The notes: generated by a model not told the origin, from the sequence alone. 64,000 nt of DNA from an uncultured Bacilli bacterium (GCA_934098385.1 CAKOOJ010000001.1:210685-274684); one strand, 5' to 3'. Counted from the stretch's first letter, positions 39,527 through 50,607 are shown. Translations and numbers: made by a program.

Positions 39527-40084
39527 CTATTCATTTATGAAATCCATAAAAGCATCAATATTTGTTTTTCTTAATTCATCATTTTTAATAAACTTTAATA
39601 TTTCTTCTTTACTAAAATATTCGACACACTCTACTTCATCTAACTGTAATTTTAAATTAGAAATATCAATATCTTTTTTTACATAATATACATCTTTAAA
39701 AGCATTCTCATATTTATAAGTTTTAAACAATTTTATTTCTTTTTCATCTATTTTTAAACCTAATTCTTCTCCAATTTCTTCTTGAATTGCCTCTAAACTA
39801 TTCTGACCAGATTTTACATGTCCCCCAGTTATAGACCATATTCCACCTTTACGTTTTGAAGTTTTTTGTAATAAAAATTTATTTTTAGAATTTTCTATAA
39901 TTGCAAGTACAACTATTGTATACCTACCTTTTGGTACAATAGATTTTTGACCTTTTTCTCTAAATACTTTTTCACCAGTTAAATTTCTATTTTCATCATA
40001 TAAATCTGTATATTCTCCATTTAACTTTTCTCTTATTTCTTCATTATATTTTTCTAATTCTATTTTTCTTTCTTTTTTTAACAT
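39527..40084 (-). CDS. Nudix hydrolase
   Basis: Nudix box GGHVKSGQNSLEAIQEEIGEELGL, of the form Gx5Ex7REUxEExGU. Confidence 0.8.
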   Translation of the reverse strand: MLKKERKIELEKYNEEIREKLNGEYTDLYDENRNLTGEKVFREKGQKSIVPKGRYTIVVLAIIENSKNKFLLQKTSKRKGGIWSITGGHVKSGQNSLEAIQEEIGEELGLKIDEKEIKLFKTYKYENAFKDVYYVKKDIDISNLKLQLDEVECVEYFSKEEILKFIKNDELRKTNIDAFMDFINE

Positions 40085-40262
40085 TATATTTTTTACCTTT
40101 CTTAATTTTTTCTATAATAGTATTTTGTATTAATATCTACCATAAACATATTATAACAACATAATAATTAAAACTTCAACATAATTTCAAGTCATGTTGG
40201 TTTTAAATAACAAAAAAACATGACCAATAATAGTCACATTATTTATCAATTTTCTATCAAAC

Positions 40263-41306
40263 CTATCTAAAAAAACTTTTTATCTTATCTATAAAACTTT
40301 TTTTCTTTTCTTTTTTAACAATATTTTTTTTCTCATAAATATATTCTTTCACTAATACTTTATCATCTAATTTAACTAAAACATATCCAACTATATCACT
40401 AACGTTATCATCATATAAAACAACTTCTTTATTAATTTTTCTATATTCATCATTAGTTAAAGCAATGTATTTATCATTTTTAATATAATAATTCTTATTT
40501 TGAAACTTTTCGTCTTTACTTAATATCTTATAACTCTTATACTTATTAAAATATTCTTCATACAATGCTTTGTGATTGCTAAAATCATTTGGATCATTTA
40601 AAGTAACTACAACAAAATTCATACCATCTTTACTAGCAGTAGTTACTAAAGTTCTTCTTGCTTTTTCCGTAAACCCTGTCTTACCACCATTACAATATTT
40701 ATATTCTTTTAATAATCTATTTTTGTTATACCACATATAAGTTTTATAATTTGTTTTTACCATTTTTTCTTTTGTTCCAACAATAGTTCTAAATTTTTCA
40801 TTCTTCATAGCATAACTCATTAAAAGTGCCATATCATTACTTGTACTAGTATTTCCAACTCCATCATTATTTTCTAAACCACTAGAATTAACAAAATTTG
40901 TGTGTTTCATACCAATTGACTTTGCAGTATCATTCATCATTTTCACAAAATTTTCCATACTTCCACCAACAGTGTTTGCAATTTGTATAGCAGCGTCATT
41001 TCCGCTTCTAAGCATCAATCCGTATAGTAAGTTTTCCATGCTCATTTCTTCTCCAACTTCAACATATATACCACTACCGTAACTTTTTAAAACACTTACA
41101 TCTACTTTAACCATTTTAGAAATATCATAATTATTTATTGTAATTATAGCAGTCATTATTTTAGAAATACTAGCAATCAATCTAACATCGTTACCATTAC
41201 TATTATAAAGTACTCTATTATTATCCATATCCATTAATGTAGTACTTGTTGCATTTACTCTCAAAGGAAATAAAATAATTATTAAAAATATAATATACTT
41301 TTTCAT
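40263..41306 (-). CDS. dacB: D-alanyl-D-alanine carboxypeptidase (S11, DacB/DacF-like; sporulation-associated by context)
   Basis: Signal peptide. The SxxK motif is SISKIMT, and an SGN motif (LRSGNDAA) is present. Confidence 0.85.
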   Translation of the reverse strand: MKKYIIFLIIILFPLRVNATSTTLMDMDNNRVLYNSNGNDVRLIASISKIMTAIITINNYDISKMVKVDVSVLKSYGSGIYVEVGEEMSMENLLYGLMLRSGNDAAIQIANTVGGSMENFVKMMNDTAKSIGMKHTNFVNSSGLENNDGVGNTSTSNDMALLMSYAMKNEKFRTIVGTKEKMVKTNYKTYMWYNKNRLLKEYKYCNGGKTGFTEKARRTLVTTASKDGMNFVVVTLNDPNDFSNHKALYEEYFNKYKSYKILSKDEKFQNKNYYIKNDKYIALTNDEYRKINKEVVLYDDNVSDIVGYVLVKLDDKVLVKEYIYEKKNIVKKEKKKSFIDKIKSFFR

Positions 41307-41365
41307 ATATTCACCTATAAAATTGTATGAAAAAAAAGACTTATTTAGTCTTATAAATTTTTTGA

Positions 41366-42115
41366 TTAAAATATAATTTTAATAATCTCACTAATAATAT
41401 TCATATTTAAATAAATAATTAATAAACTACTTACCAAAAACGGTCCAAAAGGTAACATATTATCTTTATTTTTTAAAGTAACATAAACAGCATAAGGAAA
41501 AGCTAAAAATGAAGCCAAAACTATATAAAGTATACCAAGCTTAACTCCAAGTACTATACCAGCAACAAAAGATAATTTAATATCTCCTCCACCCAATGCT
41601 TCTTGTTTAAATGCTAATGAACCAAATAGCATTAATAAATATGCTACACCAAAAATTATTAATCCATAAACTAATGACATTAAAGCACTAACTATACCAG
41701 TATCTAACCATTTAATTATAAATATAAGTATAGCACTTACAATTAACGGACTATCATTTATAATCATATATTTAGAATCACTTACAAATATAATAATTAC
41801 TAAACTTGAAAGTATTACTGCTATAAAAAACTCATAATTTATACCATAAATTTTATAACATAAAGCAAATAAACATCCACTTAATAATTCTGTTAAAAAA
41901 TATACAAATCCAATAGGATTTTTACATTTTTTACATAAACCACCTAAAAATATATAACTGAGTATTGGTATATTCTCATACCATTTTAAAATATGACCAC
42001 ATTTTTCACAATGACTTCTTGGTTTTACTATACTTTTTCCTTCTGGAAGTCTAGTACCCACAACTCCATAAAATGACCCAAATATAGCACCAATTATAAA
42101 TATAAAATATAACAT
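41366..42115 (-). CDS. pilD: type IV prepilin peptidase (A24 family)
   Basis: N-terminal zinc-binding CxxC…CxxC (CEKCGH…CKKCKN). Catalytic Asp-containing TM core with GGGDIKL. Confidence 0.85.
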   Translation of the reverse strand: MLYFIFIIGAIFGSFYGVVGTRLPEGKSIVKPRSHCEKCGHILKWYENIPILSYIFLGGLCKKCKNPIGFVYFLTELLSGCLFALCYKIYGINYEFFIAVILSSLVIIIFVSDSKYMIINDSPLIVSAILIFIIKWLDTGIVSALMSLVYGLIIFGVAYLLMLFGSLAFKQEALGGGDIKLSFVAGIVLGVKLGILYIVLASFLAFPYAVYVTLKNKDNMLPFGPFLVSSLLIIYLNMNIISEIIKIIF

Positions 42116-42123
42116 TTTATCAC

Positions 42124-43869
42124 CTAACTTATTTGTCCATATAAACTAAACATTGGTATTATAACAGATAGTACTACACCACCAACAACAACAGCTAAAA
42201 ATATTATCATTATAGGTTCTATTAAGGATTTTAATGAGTTAATTATATTTTTATGTTCTTCTTGATAATATAAACTAACTTTTGCCATCATTTCTGCAAG
42301 TTCACCAGTAGATTCACCAGTAACAATCATATAATATGCAACTTCTGGTATTGCCCAATTATCTTTAAATGAAGTGCTAATCTTCTCACCTGCTGCAATA
42401 TTGTTTATTGTATTAAACATTATTTCTTTATAAATTTCATTATTAGTAATCTTTGTAAGTATTTCCATACTTTCAGTAATAAATACATTATTCTTTAGAA
42501 GCGATGAAAAAGTCTTAGTAAAAATAGTCATCTCATTGTAAATAATTATTTTTCCAAAAAGAGGTAACTTCATTGCAAATTTTTGTAATGCATATCTTAT
42601 ACTTTTTACATTTCTATATAAATAATAAATAATTAAAAATATAACTACTAAAATTAATATTATAATCATAATATTTTTTTTCAAAAAATCACTAGCACTC
42701 ATTACAAATAATGTTAAACCATTTAGTTCCACCCCAGCAGATTCATATATTCCACTAAATTGTGGTACAACATATAAAAGTATAAATGTTATTACCGCTA
42801 TAGAAAATATCATAACAGCAGTTGGATAAGTTAAAGCACTTATCATTTGTTTTCTAGTTGTTTCTATTTCATTATAATAATTAGCCATATCATCTAAAGT
42901 TGCTTCTATTTCACCAGTCGCTTCCGCAGCCTTAATCATATTAATTAAAAGAGATGGAAATGCATTACCTTGTTTTAATAAAGCATCACTAAAACTTTCT
43001 CCCATTATTAATTGATACACTATAGCATCAAATAATCTTTTTTTATATTGATCTTTTTTACCCATTTGTATACCAAGTATTCTCATTGCATCTGTTAAAG
43101 GTATACTAGATTTTAAATATGTAGACAATTGAGTTAACCAAAAAATTAAATCTTTAGTTTTTAATTTTTTCTTTGAAAAATTTTTTTGTCCATAAAACAA
43201 TTCTATAAATTTATTATTTTCTAATTTATATACTGTATATCCTTCTGATTCTAAAAAATTAAATACTTCTTGTTTCGTAAATGCAACTAAATATCCTATA
43301 ACATCATGTCCATCACTATCTCTAGCAGAATATCTATAAGTATTTGGATATTCAGTTCTTACACTATCTTGCTTATTAATTTCACTTATCAATAAATCTC
43401 TTTCTTTAAGTTTTTTAGCGTTAATTCTTACATTAACTTTTTTATTATTTTTATTCAATTTTGTTATATTTTGTTTTTTTAATTCTTCTTTTTGTTTTAT
43501 TTCATTATTCTTTTTTATCTTATCATCAATAGAATCCATTTCAAGATTTACTGCTTTTATAACTTCTTGCTTCTCTTTTTTGTTTCTACTATTAGCATAA
43601 CTTTTATATATTGCACCCGCTATTAAATTGTACAAGAAAATAAATGGATAAATTATACCATATAATGTATAATAACATCCTAAACAAAAATATTTAAAAG
43701 GAGATAATAATATCAAAAATATATTTTTCTTTTTTTTATTATTCTTCATATTCTCTACTCCTTCTATCATTACTATAAATAGTATAACATATAATAAGTA
43801 TAAAATGTAAAGTTTTTTATTAAATTTCATATAATTATATGAGTGTGATATATATGAATAATGACCCAT
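42124..43869 (-). CDS. pilC: type IV pilus/T2SS platform protein (GspF/PilC) with a ~110–170 aa N-terminal TM/K-rich extension
   Basis: Two T2SSF repeats (…AAEATGEIEATLDD… and …VTGESTGELAEMMAKVS…). A canonical PilC N-domain starts near YRYSARDSDGHDVIGY, about residue 175. Alternative starts exist, for example MDSIDD. Confidence 0.8.
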   Translation of the reverse strand: MGHYSYISHSYNYMKFNKKLYILYLLYVILFIVMIEGVENMKNNKKKKNIFLILLSPFKYFCLGCYYTLYGIIYPFIFLYNLIAGAIYKSYANSRNKKEKQEVIKAVNLEMDSIDDKIKKNNEIKQKEELKKQNITKLNKNNKKVNVRINAKKLKERDLLISEINKQDSVRTEYPNTYRYSARDSDGHDVIGYLVAFTKQEVFNFLESEGYTVYKLENNKFIELFYGQKNFSKKKLKTKDLIFWLTQLSTYLKSSIPLTDAMRILGIQMGKKDQYKKRLFDAIVYQLIMGESFSDALLKQGNAFPSLLINMIKAAEATGEIEATLDDMANYYNEIETTRKQMISALTYPTAVMIFSIAVITFILLYVVPQFSGIYESAGVELNGLTLFVMSASDFLKKNIMIIILILVVIFLIIYYLYRNVKSIRYALQKFAMKLPLFGKIIIYNEMTIFTKTFSSLLKNNVFITESMEILTKITNNEIYKEIMFNTINNIAAGEKISTSFKDNWAIPEVAYYMIVTGESTGELAEMMAKVSLYYQEEHKNIINSLKSLIEPIMIIFLAVVVGGVVLSVIIPMFSLYGQIS

Positions 43870-44156
43870 CTACTTTAACAAAAATATTATCGGGAATAAA
43901 CAATACTTTAAATATTGCCAACAAAGCAATGCCACTTTATAAAGAAGCAAAACCAATTTTTAAAACGATAAATAGTACTTATAAAAATATTAAAACAAAT
44001 AAAACGGATTTATCAAGTATGATAAAATTAATAAAATTAAAAAACACTATAAAAAAAGATATGAGGAACAATACTATATCTATACCAAATAATAAATCTA
44101 ATACAATTACTAAAAATACTTATAATAGTATTAACAATCCTACATTTTTTATATAG
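43839..44156 (+). CDS. doubtful N/K/T-rich ORF in the pilC promoter region
   Basis: Low-complexity composition typical of chance ORFs in AT-rich DNA. It is on the opposite strand to all neighbours. Confidence 0.15.
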   Translation: MSVIYMNNDPSTLTKILSGINNTLNIANKAMPLYKEAKPIFKTINSTYKNIKTNKTDLSSMIKLIKLKNTIKKDMRNNTISIPNNKSNTITKNTYNSINNPTFFI

Positions 44157-44157
44157 A

Positions 44158-44190
44158 AAAAGATTAGAACTAAACTAATTCTAATCTTAC
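44158..44190 (-). terminator. rho-independent terminator of the ribosomal alpha operon, after rplQ
   Basis: AGATTAGAA…TTCTAATCT stem followed by a T-run on the minus strand. Confidence 0.5.
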
Positions 44191-44511
44191 CATTAAAGCA
44201 TCGTCCCCGATTCTTTCTTTTAATTTTATAATACGAGTATATCCACCATTACGGTCAGCATACTTAGGCGCTAATTCATTAAATACTTTACTAACAACAG
44301 CTTTATCATTATGTAAGAAAGCTAAAGCTTGTCTACGACTTACTAAAGTACCTTTTTTTCCATAAGTAATCATTTTGTCAATGAACTTACGTGCTTCTTT
44401 AGCTCTTGCTTCAGTAGTTACTACATATCCGTTAGTTATAACATCTTTAGTAATACCAGCTAATATGCTTCTTCTAATACGTGATTCTCTTCCTAATTTT
44501 CTGTATGACAT
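44170..44511 (-). CDS. rplQ: 50S ribosomal protein L17
   Basis: Sequence pattern typical of L17. It occupies the conserved position after rpoA. Confidence 0.9.
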   Translation of the reverse strand: MSYRKLGRESRIRRSILAGITKDVITNGYVVTTEARAKEARKFIDKMITYGKKGTLVSRRQALAFLHNDKAVVSKVFNELAPKYADRNGGYTRIIKLKERIGDDALMVRLELV

Positions 44512-44522
44512 ATTTTCACTCC

Positions 44523-45464
44523 TTATTCGTGGAACTTAAGTCCCATTTCTTTTACTTTATCTATTACTTCTTTTAAAGATTTCTTACCTAAATTACGTAT
44601 CTTAGTAACTTCAACTTCTTTTTTATCAATTAAATCTTGCATTGTATTGATACCAGCTCTTTTTAAGCAGTTATATGCTCTAACACTAAATTCAATTTCT
44701 TCAATTGGAGTTTCTAAAGTTTTTGTAATAGTATCAACTTTCTTTTCAGCTATGATACCAGTAATATCTGAAATTTGATTTAAATCTGCTACTATATTTA
44801 AGTGTTCAATTAATATTTTACTAGCTAAAGCCATAGCTTCTTCTGGAGTAATTGAACCGTTTGTGTAAACATTCATAGTTAATTTATCATAATTTTCATT
44901 TTGACCAACACGAGCATCAGTTACTTCATAACTAACTCTTTCAATTGGTGAATATAATGAATCAATTGGAATAACATCTACACCAACATTTTCTAATAAA
45001 ACTTTATTTTGTTTAGAATCTACATATCCACGACCATTACCAACAGTCATTTCCATGTCTATTTTTCCACCTTCAACTAAGTTACATATAACTAAGTCTG
45101 GATTGATTATTTCTATATCAGCATCATGTTCTATCATACCAGCTGTAACTGGACCCTCAACATTTGCTGATAATCTCATAACTTTATTTTCTTTAGTATG
45201 ATTTTTTACAACTAAACTTTTTAAATTGATAATTATAGTTGTTACATCTTCTCTAATTCCATCTATTTTTTGGAATTCATGTAAAACTCCATCAATTTTA
45301 ACACTTGTTACTGCACTTCCAGGTAAACTAGAAAGCATAACTCTTCTTAATGCATTTCCAATAGTAGTACCAAAACCTCTTTCTAAAGGTTCTAATTCAA
45401 ATTTACCATAACTATTTTTTTCAACGTATTCAGTTATTTTATATTCTGGTTTTTCAAAATTCAT
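44523..45464 (-). CDS. rpoA: DNA-directed RNA polymerase alpha subunit
   Basis: N-terminal dimerisation domain and the C-terminal alphaCTD (…[18 protein letters not shown]…). Confidence 0.95.
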   Translation of the reverse strand: MNFEKPEYKITEYVEKNSYGKFELEPLERGFGTTIGNALRRVMLSSLPGSAVTSVKIDGVLHEFQKIDGIREDVTTIIINLKSLVVKNHTKENKVMRLSANVEGPVTAGMIEHDADIEIINPDLVICNLVEGGKIDMEMTVGNGRGYVDSKQNKVLLENVGVDVIPIDSLYSPIERVSYEVTDARVGQNENYDKLTMNVYTNGSITPEEAMALASKILIEHLNIVADLNQISDITGIIAEKKVDTITKTLETPIEEIEFSVRAYNCLKRAGINTMQDLIDKKEVEVTKIRNLGKKSLKEVIDKVKEMGLKFHE

Positions 45465-45475
45465 AACTTTCCTCC

Positions 45476-45859
45476 TTAATTTCTTGGACGTTTAGGTGGT
45501 CTACAACCATTATGTGGAACTGGTGTTTCATCATTTATAGCAGTAATTTCAAGTCCAGCAGTTTGTAATGCACGAATAGCATTTTCTCTACCATTACCCA
45601 TTCCTCTTACAAATACTTCAACGCGTTTTACTCCAGCATCGCCAGCAGCACGCCCAGCTTGTTCAGCAGCTTGCCCTGCAGCAAAAGGAGTCTTTTTCTT
45701 TGATCCCTTATAACCAATTGTTCCAGCAGAAGCCCAACTAATTACATTTCCTAATGTATCAGTAATTGATACAACTGTATTATTATAAGTTGAATGTATA
45801 TGTGCTTGACCTTCTGGAATATTTTTCTTTACTTTTCTTTTTCTTCTATTATAAGCCAT
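45476..45859 (-). CDS. rpsK: 30S ribosomal protein S11
   Basis: Conserved S11 sequence. rpsD is not in the cluster, as in the Bacillus-type arrangement. Confidence 0.95.
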   Translation of the reverse strand: MAYNRRKRKVKKNIPEGQAHIHSTYNNTVVSITDTLGNVISWASAGTIGYKGSKKKTPFAAGQAAEQAGRAAGDAGVKRVEVFVRGMGNGRENAIRALQTAGLEITAINDETPVPHNGCRPPKRPRN

Positions 45860-45880
45860 AATTCTTTATCCTCCTAAATA

Positions 45881-46255
45881 CTATTTACCAACTTTTTTCT
45901 TGTTAGCAACTACTTTTCCTCTACCTTTACGAGTTCTAGCATTTCTATTAGTTCTTTGTCCACGAACTGGTAAACCTTTTTTATGTCTAACACCTTCGTA
46001 TGAACCAATTTCCATTTTATTTTTTATATTCATATTTACTTCACGACGTAACTCACCTTCAACTAAATATTTATCAACTTCATTTCTTAAACGAGCTTCT
46101 TCTTCATTAGTTAAATCTTTTACTTTTTTTAATACATCTACATTAGCAGCTTCACAAATAGTTTTTGCTAAGTTTCTTCCTATACCATAAATATGAGTAA
46201 GTCCTGTTTGTATATTTTTATCTTTTGGTAATTCGATATTTTTAATACGTGCCAT
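45881..46255 (-). CDS. rpsM: 30S ribosomal protein S13
   Basis: [13 protein letters not shown]…[10 protein letters not shown] is the conserved S13 start. Confidence 0.95.
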   Translation of the reverse strand: MARIKNIELPKDKNIQTGLTHIYGIGRNLAKTICEAANVDVLKKVKDLTNEEEARLRNEVDKYLVEGELRREVNMNIKNKMEIGSYEGVRHKKGLPVRGQRTNRNARTRKGRGKVVANKKKVGK

Positions 46256-46267
46256 AATTTCCTCCTA

Positions 46268-46381
46268 TTAACCTTGTCTTTGTTTGTGTTTTGGATTTTC
46301 ACAAATAACCATAACTTTACCTTTTCTTCTTATTATTCTACATTTAGCACAAATTTTCTTTACAGATGGTCTAACTTTCAT
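46268..46381 (-). CDS. rpmJ: 50S ribosomal protein L36 (37 aa; below the ORF-track size cutoff)
   Basis: The reverse complement encodes [37 protein letters not shown], between infA and rpsM. Confidence 0.85.
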   Translation of the reverse strand: MKVRPSVKKICAKCRIIRRKGKVMVICENPKHKQRQG

Positions 46382-46396
46382 AATTAAATTCCTCCA

Positions 46397-46609
46397 TTAT
46401 CTTCTATAAGTTATTCGCCCACGTTTTAAATCATATGGTGAAAATTCTACTGTAACCTTGTCACCTGGTAAGACACGAATCATATTCATTCGCATTTTAC
46501 CAGAAACGCGAGCCATTACAATAGTTCCATTCTCTAATTCCACTTTATAATCGTCTTTTATACTATCTAGTACTTTACCTTCGACTTCTATTGTAGCTTC
46601 TTTAGCCAT
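46397..46609 (-). CDS. infA: translation initiation factor IF-1
   Basis: 70-aa S1-like OB fold. [14 protein letters not shown]… is the conserved IF-1 start. Confidence 0.95.
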   Translation of the reverse strand: MAKEATIEVEGKVLDSIKDDYKVELENGTIVMARVSGKMRMNMIRVLPGDKVTVEFSPYDLKRGRITYRR

Positions 46610-46612
46610 TTT

Positions 46613-47359
46613 TCACTCTCCCGTTAATATTTCATATCCGTCATCACGAACAACTATTGTATGCTCGAAGTGTGCGCTTGGTTTATTATCACGAGTAACA
46701 ATAGTCCAATCATCATCTAGGACATAAATTTTTCTAGTACCACTGTTTAACATTGGCTCAACAGCCAAAGTCATTCCAGTTTTTAAAGTTATTCCTGTAT
46801 CATATTTTCCATAGTTTGGTACATCTGGTTCTTCATGAAGACTAGTTCCAACACCATGACCAACTAACTCACGAACAACTCCTAAATTATGCTTTTTAGC
46901 ATATTGTTCAATTCTAGCTCCAACATTTCCTAACTTAGCACCGTTCTTAATTTCCTTAAGACCAGTAAACAAAGCTTTTTCAGTATGATGTAATAAATAC
47001 TCTTTTTCTTTATTTATTTTTCCTACCGGATATGTCCATGCAGAATCTGAATGATATCCATCAAGAAGTACTCCAATATCAAGTGACACTATATCTCCCT
47101 CTTTTAAAACTCTATCACCCGGAATACCATGCACAATCTCTTCATTTACTGAAACACATATAGATCCAGGAAAACCATAAAGTCCTAAAAATCCAGGAAC
47201 GCCTCCATGACTTCTAATAAACTTATCTGCTTCATCATTTAAGTATTTTGTAGTAATACCAGGTTTAATTAATGACTTCAAATATTGATGTGTCAAATAA
47301 TTAATATGACCAGCCTTTTTCATTTTTGATATTTCTTCTTCTGTTTTTATAGATATCAT
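46613..47359 (-). CDS. map: methionine aminopeptidase type I
   Basis: Metal-binding residue pattern (D…D…H…E…E) and the conserved map position after adk. Confidence 0.9.
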   Translation of the reverse strand: MISIKTEEEISKMKKAGHINYLTHQYLKSLIKPGITTKYLNDEADKFIRSHGGVPGFLGLYGFPGSICVSVNEEIVHGIPGDRVLKEGDIVSLDIGVLLDGYHSDSAWTYPVGKINKEKEYLLHHTEKALFTGLKEIKNGAKLGNVGARIEQYAKKHNLGVVRELVGHGVGTSLHEEPDVPNYGKYDTGITLKTGMTLAVEPMLNSGTRKIYVLDDDWTIVTRDNKPSAHFEHTIVVRDDGYEILTGE

Positions 47360-48003
47360 TTACCAATCACTTTCTTTACTTCTTCAAACGTTTCGTCTGG
47401 AGTATCAATTTTATCAATTATAACTAATTTTCCTTTATTCTTATAATAATCTAATAAAGGTTTAGTATTTTCTAAATAAGTATCAAACCTAACCTTAAAT
47501 GATTCTTCATTATCATCTGTACGACTAACTAACTCTATATTACAATTATCACATAGATTATCATTTTTTGGTTGCATTATTGGATTATACTTATTATAAA
47601 TTTTATTACATTTAGGACAAGTAATACGTCCTAACGCTCTATGCATTGCAGTTTCACGATCAACGTTTAAATATATAACTGCATCTATATTTAAATTGAG
47701 TTCTAATAGTAAATTTTCTAATATATCTGCTTGTTTTATATTGCGAGGATATCCATCAAGTATAAACGAATTAGATATATTTTTTAGTTTTTCTTTTAGT
47801 AAATCAGTAACAATATTATCATCAACTAATTTACCAGTAGATAATAGTTCTTTAAGTTTATTACCTAATTCACTACCATCTTGCTGTTTAGTACGTAGTA
47901 AATCTCCTGTGGATATATGTTCATATCCACATGCACTTACGAGTTGTTCACTCAAAGTACCTTTTCCAGCAGCTGGAGGCGCAATAAGAATTAAATTTTT
48001 CAT
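47356..48003 (-). CDS. adk: adenylate kinase
   Basis: P-loop GPPAAGKGT-like (APPAAGKGT). A zinc lid CPKC…CDNC. Confidence 0.95.
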   Translation of the reverse strand: MKNLILIAPPAAGKGTLSEQLVSACGYEHISTGDLLRTKQQDGSELGNKLKELLSTGKLVDDNIVTDLLKEKLKNISNSFILDGYPRNIKQADILENLLLELNLNIDAVIYLNVDRETAMHRALGRITCPKCNKIYNKYNPIMQPKNDNLCDNCNIELVSRTDDNEESFKVRFDTYLENTKPLLDYYKNKGKLVIIDKIDTPDETFEEVKKVIGK

Positions 48004-49268
48004 CTTCTGCGTCTCTTTCTACTAGTTTTATAACTACGACTAACAATTGAACTTTCAAGTTGTTTATAAGTTTCTAATGCAACACCAACCACAATTAGTA
48101 ATCCTGTTCCACCAAGTGTTACAGAACTAGATATATTTGGTATTTTACCCATAAAAATAGGTAACGCCGCAATAACTATTAAGAAAATTGAACCAACAAC
48201 TGTAAGTCTAGTTATAACATATTTTAAATATTGGCTAGTTTTTTCACCTGGAGTAATACCAGGAATATAGCTTCTATTCTTATCTAAATTTTCACTCATC
48301 TCATCAGGATTTAATTCCATCAAAGTATAAACATATCCAAATACAAATATTAATACAATATAAAGTATAAATCCAGTGAATGAAGTATAATTAATATAAT
48401 TATTAACGAAGTTTTTAAAAGCTTCATTCTTTATAACACTAGCAATTAAAGAAGGTATACCAATAAATGCTGATGCAAATATTACTGGCATAACACTAGC
48501 ACTATTTAATTTAATAGGTATATATGATTGTTCTTTATTATATGCTGTGCTAGTTCTACTACTATATTGAATTGGTATTCTTCTTTGAGCATTTTCAATG
48601 AAAATTACACCAACTAATATAAGAATATAAACAAGTACAAATAATGTAAACCACGCTATACCAGCACCAGTACTAAAATTACCAGAAGTTACAAGGTCAT
48701 TAAATGCAGTCACAAAAGTATTTGGTAGTTGTTGAACAATACCAGCCATTATCAATAATGACATGCCATTTCCAATACCTTTATTAGTTACTTCATCTGC
48801 TAACCACATCAAAAGTGAACTACCAGCTGTTAAATAAAGTGTTGTCTTCATAACAGTTAATGTACCCATACCTTTTAAGTATGCATAACTAAATATATAA
48901 CCTTGAACAAAAGCAAATAATATTCCTAAATATCTATTAATTCTGTTAATTTTTTGCCTTCCTGTAGCCCCTTCTTCTTTTAATTCTTTAAAGTATGGTA
49001 TTATATCCATTTGTAATAATTGAGTTATAATTGAAGCCGAAATATAAGGCATAACACCTAACGCAAATATACTAAATGTTTTTAAACTACCACCACTCAT
49101 TAAATTCAAAAGTTCTAAGAATCCTAAATCACTAGTGATTTGTTTAGCACCTGGAACAACAATTCCAGTACCAATTACGAATATAGCCAAAACGGCTAAA
49201 GTGAATAGAATTCTTTTTCTTAAATCTTTATTAGTAGGACTAAATAATCCTTTAAGATTTGAAAACAT
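48000..49268 (-). CDS. secY: preprotein translocase subunit SecY
   Basis: 10-TM SecY pattern with a K/R-rich C-terminus. Confidence 0.95.
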   Translation of the reverse strand: MFSNLKGLFSPTNKDLRKRILFTLAVLAIFVIGTGIVVPGAKQITSDLGFLELLNLMSGGSLKTFSIFALGVMPYISASIITQLLQMDIIPYFKELKEEGATGRQKINRINRYLGILFAFVQGYIFSYAYLKGMGTLTVMKTTLYLTAGSSLLMWLADEVTNKGIGNGMSLLIMAGIVQQLPNTFVTAFNDLVTSGNFSTGAGIAWFTLFVLVYILILVGVIFIENAQRRIPIQYSSRTSTAYNKEQSYIPIKLNSASVMPVIFASAFIGIPSLIASVIKNEAFKNFVNNYINYTSFTGFILYIVLIFVFGYVYTLMELNPDEMSENLDKNRSYIPGITPGEKTSQYLKYVITRLTVVGSIFLIVIAALPIFMGKIPNISSSVTLGGTGLLIVVGVALETYKQLESSIVSRSYKTSRKRRRR

Positions 49269-49708
49269 TAAATCACCTCAGCAGTTCCGCCAGCATTCTC
49301 TATCTTAGTAACAGCACTTGATGAAAATCTATTAGCTCTTATAGTTAATTTCTTTTCTAAAGTACCATTTCCTAATACTTTTAATCCACAAAGTTCTTTT
49401 TTAATAATACCTTTTTCTTTTAATAATTCAGGAGTGATAACATCACCATCATTAAATCTGTTTAAATCACTTAAATTAATTGTAGCAAATTCAATTCTAA
49501 ATCTAGCATTATTAAAACCTCTTTTTGGTATTCTTCTATATAATGGACTTTGTCCACCTTCGAACCAAGGTTTAATACTTGCTCCGCTTCTAGATTTTTG
49601 TCCATTTTCTCCACGAGTTGAAGTTTTACCCATTCCACTTCCGGCTCCACGTCCAACTCTTTTTGTTGCTTTTCTTTCAGGAGTACGAGATAAATTTTCT
49701 AATTTCAT
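49268..49708 (-). CDS. rplO: 50S ribosomal protein L15 (start assigned to the internal MKLEN Met, which directly follows the rpsE stop)
   Basis: …[17 protein letters not shown]… is the L15 motif. The ORF-track start at 49756 would overlap rpsE. Confidence 0.9.
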   Translation of the reverse strand: MKLENLSRTPERKATKRVGRGAGSGMGKTSTRGENGQKSRSGASIKPWFEGGQSPLYRRIPKRGFNNARFRIEFATINLSDLNRFNDGDVITPELLKEKGIIKKELCGLKVLGNGTLEKKLTIRANRFSSSAVTKIENAGGTAEVI

Positions 49709-49709
49709 A

Positions 49710-50219
49710 TTATAACTCCTCAACTTTCTTTCCACGTAACTCAGCAATATGTTCACGAGTACGTTCTGATTTTAAAGCTTCTAAAGTAGCTTTTGCCATG
49801 TTAACTTTTGTATTAGATCCAAGTGATTTAGATACGATATCTTTAACACCAGCTAATTCTAATATAACACGTACAGGACCACCAGCTATAACTCCAGTAC
49901 CTTCTTTTGCAGGTTTAATTAAAACTCTAGCTTTACCACATTCACCAATAGCATCATGAGGTATAGTTCTATTATCAACAATACTAACTTTTGATAGGTT
50001 TTTATTTGCTGCTTGGATACCTTTCTTTATAGCTTCAGGAACTTCATTAGCTTTACCTGTTCCAATACCAACAAGTCCTTTTCCATCTCCTACAGCCATT
50101 GTAGCAGCGAAACGGAAATGACGACCTCCCTTTGTAACTTTAGTTACACGAGAGATAGAAACAACTCTTTCCTCAAGAAGTTTCTTTCTAGAGTCCATAT
50201 TTTTTTCTTGTCTTGCCAT
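49710..50219 (-). CDS. rpsE: 30S ribosomal protein S5
   Basis: Conserved S5 sequence. It is followed immediately by rplO with no rpmD (L30) between them. Confidence 0.95.
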   Translation of the reverse strand: MARQEKNMDSRKKLLEERVVSISRVTKVTKGGRHFRFAATMAVGDGKGLVGIGTGKANEVPEAIKKGIQAANKNLSKVSIVDNRTIPHDAIGECGKARVLIKPAKEGTGVIAGGPVRVILELAGVKDIVSKSLGSNTKVNMAKATLEALKSERTREHIAELRGKKVEEL

Positions 50220-50233
50220 ATCTTATCCTCCCA

Positions 50234-50590
50234 CTAAAATTCTAATCCATTTTCACGTGCAGCTTCAGCTAAAGCTTCAACACGTCCATGATATTGGTAT
50301 CCACCTCTATCAAACACTACATTAGTTATCTTTGCTGTTTTACATTTTTCTGCAATATCTTTTCCAACTAATTTAGCACCTTCAACGTTTCCACCATTTT
50401 CTAATTTTAAACTTAAGCTTGATGAACTAACTAAGGTAACACCCTTTTCGTCATCAATTACTTGAGCAAAAATTTGAGAATTAGATCTGAAAACATTTAA
50501 TCTTGGACATTCACTTGTACCACTAACTTTATTACGTACACGAGCATGTCTTTTTTTTCTTAATTCATTTCTTGACTTATTCTTAATCAT
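50234..50590 (-). CDS. rplR: 50S ribosomal protein L18
   Basis: Conserved L18 sequence and spc-cluster position. Confidence 0.95.
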   Translation of the reverse strand: MIKNKSRNELRKKRHARVRNKVSGTSECPRLNVFRSNSQIFAQVIDDEKGVTLVSSSSLSLKLENGGNVEGAKLVGKDIAEKCKTAKITNVVFDRGGYQYHGRVEALAEAARENGLEF

Positions 50591-50607
50591 ATACTAATCT
50601 CCTTACC

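Noticed and set aside
43839-44156. 105-aa + strand ORF as a pilin or pilus-associated small protein
   Set aside because: It has no class III signal peptide. Its N/K/T low-complexity composition is typical of chance ORFs. It overlaps the pilC 5' end on the opposite strand. I listed it at very low confidence only.
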